Of a stretch of DNA of 45,008 nt, positions 1 to 12,639 are shown piece by piece; within the stretch, counting starts at the first letter, position 1; each line of letters starts with the position of its first letter. Both the position numbers and the translations under genes were made by a program. The notes beneath the pieces were generated by a model. It saw nothing but the letters and a program-made list of their open reading frames with translations. It ran no database searches and was not told the DNA's origin. This DNA is from Octopus bimaculoides (Eukaryota), in the NCBI RefSeq assembly GCF_001194135.2, contig NC_068981.1, forward strand, positions 197,942,863-197,987,870. The letters are read 5' to 3'.

Positions 1-441
1 ATATATATATATATATATATATACCAATACTATTGTGCATAGGGTAAATATGTTTGAATGTTGTGGTTTCCTTGGTATGTTTGTTCCCAAATAACACTTA
101 CTTTAGTGCTGTTGACACTGCTGGATTGATTGGTACTGCCCAGGTGTCGAAACTATACTGATATCCGAGGGGCAGCTGATGATGGAGATATGTTGGATTG
201 CTGGTATGGCTGTTTTTGTACATGTGGTATATTTTTATAACATATCCTTTTGATATATACATATGTGTGTGTGTGTATACATGCATACATGCATACATAC
301 ATACTAGCTGAGTATCCCGTCGCTGCCGGGCAATCTTCACAATAGAATGCCTTCATTTCAATTTTGCTTTTATTCCATGTTAGGCTATGTCTTGCTCAAT
401 GGATGAATCCCTTGATCCGGATTTCTGCATTATACCAAAAC

Positions 442-473
<32 letters not shown>

Positions 474-909
474 NNNNNNNNNNNNNNNNNNNNNNNNNNN
501 NNNNNNNNNNNNNNNNNNNNNNNNNNNNNNNNNNNNNNNNNNNNNNNNNNNNNNNNNNNNNNNNNNNNNNNNNNNNNNNNNNNNNNNNNNNNNNNNNNNN
601 NNNNNNNNNNNNNNNNNNNNNNNNNNNNNNNNNNNNNNNNNNNNNNNNNNNNNNNNNNNNNNNNNNNNNNNNNNNNNNNNNNNNNNNNNNNNNNNNNNNN
701 NNNNNNNNNNNNNNNNNNNNNNNNNNNNNNNNNNNNNNNNNNNNNNNNNNNNNNNNNNNNNNNNNNNNNNNNNNNNNNNNNNNNNNNNNNNNNNNNNNNN
801 NNNNNNNNNNNNNNNNNNNNNNNNNNNNNNNNNNNNNNNNNNNNNNNNNNNNNNNNNNNNNNNNNNNNNNNNNNNNNNNNNNNNNNNNNNNNNNNNNNNN
901 NNNNNNNNN

Positions 910-953
<44 letters not shown>

Positions 954-1517
954 TGCGCGCGCGTGTGTGTATATACACTTATATATGTTTATTTACATTT
1001 TGGATCTTAATGTGGACGTATGTATGTAAATTTGTCTCTCGTCTGTAGGTAATTATATATGTCAGTATATCAAGCGGAAGAACTGTCTCCCATCATGCAT
1101 CTCTACTATTATTAAACATATACTTCCGCTCAAACAGTGTTAATGAAGTCAATTTTTATATTGTGCATTTCATTTTACATCCTCACTTCCCTCTCACTTA
1201 CCCACTATTAAAACATCCACCCCACCCCCGTAAAACCTCGCATCCATTCTCTTTCTCTCCCCCTCCCCATATTTTCTCTGTAAAATTGAATTTGTATATT
1301 TTTGCTTTTTGATTTTTAATGTCTTTTTCTGTTTGCATTTTCATTATTTAATTATAGTTTTCGTTTCTTCCTATTTTTTGTTCATTTTTGTGTTAATCTA
1401 TGTATACATATTGTTTTCAAACAATAGATACATGTGCACTCCAGTTGTTTGTTTGTTTATTTATGTGGGGTGAGGGAATGGCTGTATACATAGTTATACG
1501 CTACCTTTCTTGTGCGT

Positions 1518-1760
1518 GAGGGCGCATGGCCTAGTGGTCAAGGTGTTGCTCTTGTGATCTCGTGGGTTCGATTGTGCTCTTGGGAAAAACACTTATGCTG
1601 CTCTGCGATCGCTTCGACATTCTGACGTGTGGCACCGTTCACCTGCACAGGTAATGTCGATTTCTTGGAGGAGGGAGCTAATTCACTGCACAAGACATTT
1701 CATCACCAGAAACAAACCATTTGCCGAACCGCCTTTCCCCGACATGAGACACGACCATTT
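1518..1760 (+). mobile_element. tRNA-derived SINE (family D), degenerate
   Basis: Pol III A-box-like TGGCCTAGTGGT (1527-1538) and B-box-like GGGTTCGATT (1564-1573), followed by a non-tRNA body; 3' end approximate. Confidence 0.6.
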
Positions 1761-2465
1761 ATCTTTCTTGTTTTCATATATATACTTCTATGAATGTGTG
1801 TATTTTCCGTGTGTGCACAAATGTCGTGTGTCTCTTATGAGCATAAGTGTTTGTGTGTGTTTCACGTATGTGAATGGTGACTGTGTGTTTACGGTAATTG
1901 TTATGTGTTTGGGAAGTGTATGTTTTGCGCGTATGTAGACAGGCATTTGTGTTTGTATGTATATGTAGGGTGAGAAGGACATCCAACTCAACAGCAGATC
2001 GTCTATCATCCGACATTTCCATTTATTAACACCTTTGATCTTATCTTACACACCAGATCTCCAGATTCCCGCCCACAAACAGAACAAGAGTCATATTCTT
2101 TCTTGGAACTCTCCTACCAAATGGCTCAAATTCGCGACTTACTTTTCCATAACTGCTTCCCCTCAAACATATGCTCTCTACACGTAAAAAACGCATACAG
2201 CCGCAAATCGACTAAATTTCTTTCTCTCTCTTTCTCTCTCTCTCTCGCACATACGCACACATACGCACGCACACACATACACATACGCACATCACACATA
2301 TACACATCATACATAAACATTGCCACTACTCGATAAATACTTATAGACACACAGACATCTTACTATTGACATAAATATATATCCACACATCAAATACACA
2401 TACACACAAACATAGGCAGCATCTCTCCCTCCATACACACAAAACAATATCCACATCCACACATA

Positions 2466-3750
2466 GCTACAATTCTCTTCTGAGAGTTCAGCTCAGTATT
2501 CAGGACCTTTCTGACTCGTCTATAATGCTCTTTCTTGATCTTCTCTTTCATTGATCTTCTCTTTCATTGATCTTCTCTTTCATTGATCCATGTTGAGTCC
2601 TTTCCCCTTCTTGTACCCCAAAATACTAATAAAAGCCTTCTTGGTTCAGGTCCTTGATAGACTTATCATGATCAAGTTGGGTTGTGGTATTAGCTGTCAG
2701 TTTACCACGTCTGAACGAAGTTTTTGCACACTTGTCAAGGCCAAATTCCACATTAATGTCATCACTGAATTTTTTCAGTTACAAATAGCCCTTTCAGATC
2801 CTTGTCATCTTTTGCGAATAATTTCAGATCATTCATGTAGAGCAAGTCTGAGATGATCTTGTCAAACATTTTGTCATCGTAATTTGTTTTATTCAGCTCG
2901 TGAGACAAGGGAATAAGGGAAAGACAGATGAGGAGACGGGAGAGCAAATCACCCTGAAATATTCCACGGTCTATTTTGATGCTCTTTGACACATACGAGC
3001 CTTTTTCGTGGTTGAGAAATAATTTTGTGTTCCACATTCCCATACAGTGCTGTAGAAAACCTTTTACGAAAGGAGAGATCTTGTATATATTTAGTACCTT
3101 TGAGTCCAGCTATGTGGGACACTGTCAAATGTCAGTCCATGCTGAGCTTAAGATTTCGTTTTTTGGATGAGCAATTTTCCAAGTATCATCCGGTTTATAA
3201 ACAGCTGGTCTTTGCAGCCGTATGAGTTTCTTTTGCACTTTTTTTTGTTCAAGGGAAAAGATGTTTTCATCGAGAAATTGAAACATCCACTCTGTGAGGA
3301 CGGATGTAAGTAGTTTGTACATGATGGCCAAACAAGTGATCAACCTCTGGTTTTGGGATTTTCTTTTTGTGTCGCTCGTTTTAGGGAGTGGGTATGTTAT
3401 CGCTAATGTTATTAGCTAGCTTAGAGTATTTTCGGGGTTTCTGATGATGTTAGGGAAAAATTCCATTAACTAACGGTGTGTTGATGAGAGGTTATTAATC
3501 CAGAAGTCTGGGGGGTTATCATGTCCAGGAGATTTCCACTTAATGAGCTTTGAATAGAACGATATTACAATGCAGGAATTAACTCATAGTTACTGCATTG
3601 TAATACCGTTCCATCTCTGTTCTTCAATCTTAGCCATTCTTTTCTTCTTTTTCTCTCTCTACCCATTCAGCTTCCTGGTTGAATTCCTTTCTATCGCTCC
3701 ATATGCTTTTCCAAAATGTCACTACTTCATTCATATCAGTATTGTTCTTA
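2466..3750 (-). mobile_element. Degenerate non-LTR retrotransposon RT region, R4/Dong-like (RLE-type clade)
   Basis: Minus-strand fragments in the expected order: FWKSIWS..N.EAEW, (P)ITCLAIMYKLLTSVLTE, RGIFQGDLLSRLLICLSLIPLSHELN, LLYMNDLKLFAKDD (decayed YMDD), then KEKI/RKEHYRRVRKVLNTELNS. Multiple stops and frameshifts. Confidence 0.8.
2535..2588. repeat. 16-bp tandem repeat TTGATCTTCTCTTTCA x3.4 inside the R4-like element
   Basis: Three exact units at 2535, 2551 and 2567 plus a partial unit at 2583. Confidence 0.95.
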
Positions 3751-4403
3751 GTCCGTCCGTCGTTGTCGACAATGACCAGGAACATCAAACGAGAGAAGAC
3801 GGGGCACAGTATGTTTGGTTGTAGCCAATCAGTCAAACGCATGTTCGGAAGGCATTGGTGGTCTGTTGAAACAGAAGGCAAGGACTTGCGTGGTTCTCAT
3901 TTTCTTTGTGTCCCTGCAATCCTGTTCGATTCATAAGAAGTGGTACCTCTCTTGATGTAGCTTCGCCAGACAGGATAGTCTTGTGCTTGCGTTTACCAGG
4001 TGCTGGAGTTGATCTCAAAGCTCTTCAATGAAACTTAGAGAGTTTCTTTGAAGAGCTTTTTCTATCCACCTTGCGTGCGTTGCCTTCCGCCAGTTCGTTA
4101 TAAAACAGTCTGTTGGGGAGTCAGGCATTCGAAGGTCGTCTGCTCACTTGACTGGTGCTTTTTGCAGCAGCGTGTAAAGGCTTGACAGATCAACTCAAGA
4201 GAAAACATCCGTGTCTGGAACCTTGTCTTGCCAGGTGATTTTTCAACAGCTTTTCACAGTTCATGCGGAAAGCCTTTTTGTGTGACGTCTGTGAACCGTC
4301 AGTCTTGCAGGCGTTGGCAGTACAGCTGCTTTGTACACCTTCAGCTTGGTGGCCAACCTAATGCTTCTCCTCTCCCACACAGATTCACGTAACTGCCCGT
4401 ATG
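3751..4403 (-). mobile_element. RTE (BovB-like) LINE 3' fragment
   Basis: Minus-strand remnants LRESVWERRSIRLATKLKVYKAAVLP, KLLKITWQDKVPDTDVF, RLFYNELAEG and WRSYIKRG, ending in an RTE-like 3' terminus GTCGACAACGACGGACGGAC at 3751. Confidence 0.75.
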
Positions 4404-4413
4404 TAATGTGTAT

Positions 4414-4460
<47 letters not shown>

Positions 4461-4651
4461 TGTGTGTACATACATACTTACATACATAAGAAAGGGATTG
4501 CGATACGTGCTATTGTTTGAACGCTAGACTTGAAATCCCTGTAATAATATCAAATATATGACTCGTCTGTTCAGTTTGTCTATCATGTTTACGTCACTGA
4601 TACTCCGTAACTTCTGAGGCACGTGGGAAGAGGGCACACACGCGCGCGCAC

Positions 4652-4683
<32 letters not shown>

Positions 4684-4786
4684 GTGACATACTTTCGCTC
4701 GCTTACACTCCACTTCTCACACGCACTGGATATGGTGACAACTGTCTCATACACTGACGCAGCACACGCAACGCATACGCAAACAC

Positions 4787-4833
<47 letters not shown>

Positions 4834-4983
4834 GTGAGACACACACACACACAGATTAGACGCGCGCTTTCTCTGAAGTGTCTTCTTACATGTCCACTTT
4901 TTGTTCTCCACTGACAACATACGCATACATGAATGTCATTACACACACACAAACATAACTACAAACATATGTACAGACATCTG

Positions 4984-5042
<59 letters not shown>

Positions 5043-5246
5043 NNNNNNNNNNNNNNNNNNNNNNNNNNNNNNNNNNNNNNNNNNNNNNNNNNNNNNNNNN
5101 NNNNNNNNNNNNNNNNNNNNNNNNNNNNNNNNNNNNNNNNNNNNNNNNNNNNNNNNNNNNNNNNNNNNNNNNNTATTATATACATATATACACACACACA
5201 CATATATATATAAATATTATATACATATACACATACATTTATAAAT

Positions 5247-5279
<33 letters not shown>

Positions 5280-5699
5280 CATATATATATATACTGTCAA
5301 TAATATCCTTGTTTAAGAATAATAAATTTGAACTCTACATAAGTAGAGTAATCCATGAGATTAATGTAAAATTATTTTTATCATAAACGAACATAAAAAC
5401 AAATATTAACACACACACACACACTGTAACAGTGTGTGTGTGTGTGTTTGTATCGCCCTTCCATCCACAGCTGAACTGACACTTGCAGGGGAAAACAAAG
5501 CAGCAGCAGGCAAATAGCGAAAGGAAAAGAACACACACATAAATACATATAATACGTACACACACACACACTTACGAACATGCCACTGAGAAAATAAACC
5601 AATTCCAAGTGTGTATGAGCGAGAGTGAGAGTGAGAGTGAGAGTGAGTGCGGCGTGAGAGTCTCCCTCACACCTCCACTCAATATTGTAGATCTACAAG

Positions 5700-5958
5700 A
5701 TGGCGTCAAGTGTTTGGAACTCACTAACTTGCAATAACTTGTTTGTTGCTTTCGCTGCCGTTACTGGGTTTGTGGAGAAGAAAGAAGGCCAGAATGTGGA
5801 TTATGTGTTCGTTGTGGAGGTGTTGTGGTCTGATGGACGGACCACTTATGTAAAACGGACTTATAATGACTTCGAAGCCTTACAAAGAGACTTGGAAACC
5901 TTCGTTAAAACTGAGAAACATACATTTGAAGGTTCCAACCCATTTCCCCGTTTAGAAG
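5700..5958 (+). CDS. PXDC1: First coding exon of a PX (phox homology) domain protein, PXDC1-like; 86 codons + 1 nt, phase-1 intron follows
   Basis: ATG in strong context (caagATGG). Translation MASSVWNSLTCNNLFV...DYVFVVEVLWSDGRTTYVKRTYNDFEALQRDL...NPFPRLE(G) has the PX beta-strands, WSD motif and helix 1. The N-terminus matches my recollection of vertebrate PXDC1 (MASAVF...NMFV...EWSD...YLHRS). Donor GAAG|GTAAAA at 5958/5959; the in-frame read-through beyond it is AT-rich and intron-like. PX domain is high confidence; PXDC1 orthology is moderate. Confidence 0.8.
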
Positions 5959-6789
5959 GTAAAATGTCATATTTACTTGCAGTTTATCTTATTTCTTTAT
6001 CCCGTCTCTCTTATTATAAACTATAGATCTCTTTCTTATACCATAAATATTTATTTTAATTATATATTAACATTTTCTTTCACTTTTTTTCCCTCTGTCA
6101 GAAATAAGAAAAGAAAAACTTATTTTTTCTTTCATTAAAAGTTTTCACTTTAAATTGGATTTAATTTAGATGTTATACTTCATGTTAAATTAATGTGTGG
6201 GTTTTTCCTGCTTGATAGTGTTTGTTAGTCCTTTTTTCCCTCTTGTTCGACACACGCATACACATACATATATCTATCTTTCTATCTATCATCTCTAGCT
6301 ATAAGTGTTGGTTCCTACTTGTTGCTTGTATTGAGTTCATGTGAAGCACACACGCACACATATATATATATATATATACACACACACATACCTTTTTATT
6401 CATGTTTGGTTTAGATTTTAATATAAAAGTATAATTTAGTTTTATCTCAAATTCTGTTTTATGTATGTAACACACACACACACATATATATGGAAATGTG
6501 GAACCAGTTCTGTAGTGGTTCATAAAACGGTATTTCTTGTGGCTGTTAATATTAAATACTGTTATCAGAACAATGGTAATGCCATAATGTTGGTGAAGAA
6601 TTGATGAAATGGCGCGTTATTGGAACGGTATTTTGTTTGTTTATATCACTAGCTTTTACTAATGGATAGTTTACAAATAAATATAGTTATACACTCGCTC
6701 ACATATCTATATGTGCACTCTCATATCTATCTATCTATCTATATGATTGAATTTTGACAGTTCTGAGGGGTACACCGAAAGAATGCCTG

Positions 6790-6829
<40 letters not shown>

Positions 6830-7514
6830 TATACTGGTATACACGCTCTCATACACACACACAAACCTGTAATTAAGCTATTGGAAGGTTCAAATATTTA
6901 ATAGACAGTTGTTTGTTGAGAAGAAATGGATTTTTCATTCCACTACCCCAACATAAATGGTACCTCTCTCTCTTAGGAAATATATTTCCTTTGGAGCTAG
7001 CACGTTTTTGAAGGAGATGAATATTTTTCATGGTAAATAGTCTAAGAAGAGCCACATCTTCACCACTTCCCAAATACTTCTTCCTCTATCTGTCCTAATT
7101 CTTCGTGGCAGAAAAGTAATTCTTTGAACCATTTTCAAAAACAATTTCTTTGGCATGTCTCTCATATTGTCATGGTATTTTTTCTCTTAGGAATTTTCAA
7201 CAAGAATATATAAATCTCCGACAGTCTCTTCATATTCTGTTTCTTATTAGATTAATTTCTTACCAATCCAAAACATCGCAGACTTTCTAAAATGTCAACT
7301 TCCTAATGTGCTCGTTATTTTCAAGTATATTCTTTCAAGTCATTCCTCTAAAAATATAAGAGCCTATATATTATCGAACTATTTTGAGATCGTCTGTTAG
7401 TACAGTCTGTAAATTAACAGCATTCAAATAATATTCTTTAATTCAAAGCTTCGGAGAATTGCAGCTATTTTAGATTCCCTTTATATAGTAACCCAACATA
7501 TACACCAATCCTCG

Positions 7515-7574
<60 letters not shown>

Positions 7575-8949
7575 AGAGTGTGTGTGAGTGAGAGTGTGTG
7601 TGAGTGAGAGTGAGAGAGAGAGAGAGAGAGAGATAGGGAGAGAATGTTATCAACCTCGCGTATTCCAAATACCAATTACTGCTCCATTTATTCCCTGTAA
7701 ACTGATTCCTTTAATCATCGTTTAAAAACCAAATATAATTTTGGGATCAATATTCTATAGATGATGCCAAAAGGAATCTGCAGACCATTTTTATTGTAAT
7801 AATTTTAAAAAGATAACAAAATTAATTGGTAGATCCATTAGAAGAACCAGTTCCGCAGATTTCTCCGATGGTTCCTGTCACAGAGCCACCAACGAGAGAC
7901 GTGGTGGTGGTGGCGGTGTGTCTTGTTGAAGAGAGAATGTTACTGCTATAAACACATCTACACAAACCTCTATACACATCATATACATACAAATGTATAA
8001 CGTCTTCTGTTGCTGTGGAGCCCATGGTTAATGATGAGTGAGCACACCTATCATTAAAGATACCCCAGCCGTGACTCTCGCGTCTTTTTTTATGTGTAGG
8101 GAACCCAGTATCATTCATACAATGTGTTCTTTTTTCCCTTAAGACGGCGGGGATGTAATTTGAAGGAGATTTGGCTGCTATTTTCAGCCTGTGGAGCAAC
8201 CACGTAGTGGTTCCATCGTTGTGTCATTGAAACAATAGTGATGTTGGTAATGGTTGTGGTGGTGCGGTGGTTACCACATGAAAGCTTCTTGTACTTCCTC
8301 AAACTTCCACTCTGCTACCAGCTGATCATGCCTCGCTCCCCTTCTGCCATTATCACAAACTGTTTATTTGAGCTTTATTTTCCTGCCAGCCACTTACATT
8401 CCAATCTTCCCTGCGTGATTCCTGCTGCTGGATTCCTCCATTCCATAGGAAAACCTACATAGCAGTCTGAATGGTGATTGAACCCGAGTGGAGAAAACAT
8501 CAGCCGTCACAACCATTCGCATTGTCTTCTCACCAGAATGCCTTTTGTCCTACGCACTCCTTAGTTTCTCTCACCAACTAAAAATACCATCTTACTAAGC
8601 ATCTCTGCCATTCCTTCAGCTATTTACAGTCAAGTGTTGCTGTACCACTCTTGGTGGTGGGGGTGGGGGGAACAGGAGCAGAACCATCTTTGCTTTCTGT
8701 TAATAAACGCATTTCTTCTCACTACTCTGTGTGTGTGTGTTCACCCGCAGTTCTACAGTATCTACCTACGGAGATTTTATACATAATCGTGTTTCATTCA
8801 TTAAACTGTGGCCATGCTGGGGCACCGCCTCGAAGAAATTTTAGCTTAATGAACGAACCCCATTGGTACTTATTCTATCGGACTCTTCTGCCGAACTACT
8901 AAGTTACAGGGACATAAACACGCCAACACTGGTTGTCAAGCGATACTGG

Positions 8950-8980
<31 letters not shown>

Positions 8981-8998
8981 TATATACACGTGTGTATA

Positions 8999-9126
8999 TG
9001 GCTGTGTGGTAAGAAGTTTGCTTCCCAACTACATGTTTCCAAGTTCAGTCTCACTGCATGGCATCTTGGGCAAGTGTCTTCTTCTCTAGCCTCAGGCCAA
9101 CCAAAGCGTTGGAAACTGAAAGAAGC

Positions 9127-9158
<32 letters not shown>

Positions 9159-9380
9159 GATATATGGTGTGTGTGTGTTTATTTGTCCCCACCACTGCTT
9201 GACAACCGGTGTTGGCGTGTTTATATCCTTGTAACGTAGCAGTTCAGCAAAAGGGGCCAATAGAATAGGTACCAAGCTTTAAAATATAAGCACTGGGGTC
9301 AATTCAAGCAATTAAAACTTCTTCAAGGCAGTGCCCCAGCTTGGCCACAGTCTAAGGACTGAAACAGATAAAAGATAAAG
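8999..9380 (+). mobile_element. tRNA-derived SINE family A, near full length (head + TA/TG microsatellite + tail 1)
   Basis: Head GGCTGTGTGGTAAGAAG, CORE-like CTTGGGCAAGTG, internal (TA)n, tail ending CAGCTTGGCCACAGTC...GACTGAAAC. Homologous to copies at 17197 and 34020. Confidence 0.85.
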
Positions 9381-9664
9381 ATATATTTGCATCATCATCA
9401 TCATTATTTCACATCCGCTTTCCACGCTGGCATGGGTTGGACGGTTTAACTGAAAAGTGGTAAGCTGGTGGGTGGGTGGGGAGAACAGTACCAGATTCCA
9501 ATCTGATTTGGCAAGGTTTTTACAGCCAGATTCCTTTCCTAACACCAACCAATCCAAGAGTGTAATGGATGGTTTTTATGTGCCACCAGCATTAATGTGA
9601 CACTAGCACTGGCCACGACTACAGTCTCACTTGGCTTATACACACACACACACATACAGACATG

Positions 9665-9808
9665 CAGCAAGCTTCTTTCAGTTTCCGTCTACCAAATTCA
9701 CTCACAAGGCTTTGGTCAACCCAAAGCTATAGTAGAAGGCACTTGCCCAAGGTGCCACATAGTGGGATTGAACCTGGAATCATATAGTTGAGAAGCAAAC
9801 TTCTTACT
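9665..9808 (-). mobile_element. SINE family A head, inverted relative to the 8999 copy
   Basis: Reverse complement matches the family A head (CACTTGCCCAAGGTGCCAC on +). Confidence 0.8.
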
Positions 9809-9829
9809 ATGTGTGTGTGTGTGTGTGTG

Positions 9830-10050
9830 TGTGTGTTGTGGTTGGTGCCAGCCCCCTCTGGCCCCTGTGCTAGTGGCACATAAAAAAGCACCCACTACCC
9901 TCTCTGAGTGGATGGCATTAGGAAGGGCATCCAGCTGTACAAACTCTGCCAAATCAGATTGGAGCCTGGTGCCGCCTCCTGGCTTCCTAGACCTCAGTCG
10001 AACTGTCCAACCCATGCCAGCATGGAAAACAGACGTTAAACAATGATGAT
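9830..10050 (+). mobile_element. RTE-type LINE 3' tail fragment (family C)
   Basis: GGAAGGGCATCCAGCTGTA...CCAACCCATGCCAGCATGGAAAACAGACGTTAAACAATGATGAT; same tail as the ORF-bearing copy at 22940-23835. Confidence 0.8.
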
Positions 10051-10458
10051 ATATATACATATATATATAATCATCAAGGATGGTGGCTGTAGTTAACAGC
10101 GTGTATACTTGTTTGTTTTATTTGATGTTGTCAAGAAACAGAGGCTGTTTGATTCTCTTTGTAAATCTTGTCAATACAAACTTTATTGACAACAATATGG
10201 ATCTCTCGTTGATTATATGTTAATGACAAATTCTTGTTAACGTTTAATGATGGATTAAAATCCTAAATTTGGATTGACCCAGAGACAGAATCAGAATTAG
10301 TGATCCTGGGAAAGATCTGTCACGATTTCTGATGAAACCATTTGTGGTGTGCAGCAGCAGCTCTTGTCTGTCTCTCACCACTTCGTTACTCTGCTATGCA
10401 TTCCCACATTCCATTATAGAGTTTAGACACTTTGACAGCACTGCTCATATCAATACAC

Positions 10459-10493
<35 letters not shown>

Positions 10494-11714
10494 CATATAT
10501 GATAAGGAGAGAGAGAGATTTTCAGTGGGCAAAAATTACAAAGTGAGTCAAGATTTGAGAGATTCGTGCATAGCATTTATCAAAGTTTGGTAAGTACCAT
10601 GCACAAAGCTCTTGGTCAATTCTTAAATCACTTTGTAACTTCTGCTGATTAATGAATATCTATCACTATTCGCTTGTCTGTCTGTCTGTTTGTCTAGTTA
10701 CTGCACCCCTCCCTCCAGTACCACCTTAAACACCCGTCAGTATAAATTCATTTGTGTGTGGGGCTATTACAATGTTCTAACAGCTACCATTCACTAAACT
10801 TGGTATTTGTCTGTTACCATCTCGTATAACTTTGGCAGATGTTCAAAAGTAAATTAACTGAACATCTTTGCATGAATTCTTGTTGTCTGAAAAGAAAGAA
10901 AAAAAAAATCTGATACAAATACATGATGGAGTTCTGGGCATGGGTTTTTTTTTTTTTTTCATATTTATGAGTGCAAGTTGTCACATAAATAAGATTAAAA
11001 GATATAGTTTAATCACCTCTGTCCTCTCAGTAAACTAACAAAATATTATTAAATATCAGCCTTTCTTTGTGTTTCATAAACTACATTGATTTGGAGATAC
11101 CAAAAAATATCACAAACTGGTCCTCGGTTAATTTAAGAGAAACTTAGGCGTCAAGCTGTTGTTGTTTGTCTGTGATGGTGGGGTGTTTAGATCCTTTCAC
11201 ACTGGAAGAAAAACACTGATATTAATTGATGATGATGAAGATAAAAATGCAGGGGCTCTCATGGCTTCTCATCTTGACTGATTGGAAGTGTTATCGTGTT
11301 CAGGTTTTGTCTTGGTGTAAAAGATGGCTTATAGCAAACATTCTGCTCTATTCCACAGTTTTGCTTGTCCCTAACGAGATGTGTGTCTCTGATCATAAGC
11401 AGGAGCAGTTGAGGAGCATCATGGCCATGTGTTGAGAGGGATTCTTTGGGGTTTAACAATTTGAGGACTTTTTGAGTGGGATGGGCTAGTCGACCCAAAG
11501 AAAATTTTGAACCCCCCTTGCAAGGTCAGGTGCTGTTTATCTTAACATGAGATCATCCTGTTGCACACATATGGTTGTGATGTATTTTTCCTGGCTTACC
11601 CCTTTTCAGACGGGTAATCAGAATGAGTATATTGGGTTTCATATATTTCTACGCTAGCGTCACTTTGATGGCATGTGCTGTTCTCTCACTCAATAATGAT
11701 AATTATTCTTTCTA

Positions 11715-11918
11715 CTTTAGGCACAGGGCCTGAAATTTGGGGGAGGGGGATAGTTGATTACATTGATCCCCAGTGTATAACTGGTACTTGGTTTATCGAC
11801 CCTGAAAGGAGGAAAGGCAAAGTCAACCTCCATGGAATTTGAACTCAGAACGTAGCGGCAGACAAAATACTGCTAAGCATTTCGCCCAGCATGTTAACGA
11901 TTCTGCCAGCTCGCCGGC
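11715..11918 (-). mobile_element. tRNA-derived SINE family B
   Basis: Minus strand has GAGCTGGCAGAATCGTT (A-box-like) and GAGTTCAAATTCC (B-box). Homologous to 26345-26580. Confidence 0.85.
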
Positions 11919-12639
11919 TTAATAAAAATAATTGTAATGGTTTCAAATTTTGGCACTAGATCAGCAGTTTTATGGAAAAGTTAAGTAAATTACACTCCAC
12001 CCTGTTTAACTGGTAATTATTTTATCAACTCAAAAAGGATGAAAGCAAAGTCAACATTAATGGCATTTGAACTCGTAATGTAAAATTACAAGAAATACAT
12101 CTAGGCATTTTATCCAGCTCACAGTTTTGCCAGGGTACCACTTTAGTGGCTATTCTTGTTGTAGTTCGTAATGATAATAATAATAATAATACTGATAGTT
12201 TTGTTGTTGTTTTTCTTCTTCAACTTGGTTGTTATTTAGGTTCCTTTGAACAATGTACTTTTAAGAAACTGGGATATGATATCAGGCTTTTGAAACTTTG
12301 GAAGATTACAGCTAAGAGCAAGAATATGGAATTTGTTTTCTTACAGTATTGGATGTTGGCAATTTTTATATATAAATACGTATTATTTTTTGTTTGTTCG
12401 AAGCCTTGCAAAACTAAACCTAACTTGTCTTTAAATTTTCTTCTTTAGCAACTTGATACTAAACCAATTCTGTTTGATATATATGATTAGTTCTAGGGAA
12501 AGGAAGCTATGTTGTTGTAAAAATACCTGTTCTATGTGTAACTTTACCAATTCCAATATTTCATGATGCCAGCCAGAGCCAAGAATACTTAAAATGGAGA
12601 AAGATTTTGTGTTTTGTTTGGCATCTGACTTCAATCTGT

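Noticed and set aside
98-1029. ORFs made of TA/TG/CT microsatellites and N-gaps, here and at 4524-5608, 15221-16295, 16672-17106, 28172-28844 and 42826-43425
   Set aside because: Dinucleotide-repeat or gap artefacts (CVCV, HTHT, LSLS, X runs). The only real content inside them is the mariner and LINE fragments listed.
5959-6026. Read-through tail of ORF 5700-6026 (KMSYLLAVY...)
   Set aside because: Lies after a good GT donor and is AT-rich; interpreted as intron.
12240-12350. Phase-1-compatible acceptor (TTTAG|GT) with open frame GSFEQCTFKKLGYDIR as a candidate exon 2
   Set aside because: No resemblance to a PX continuation and no strong donor.
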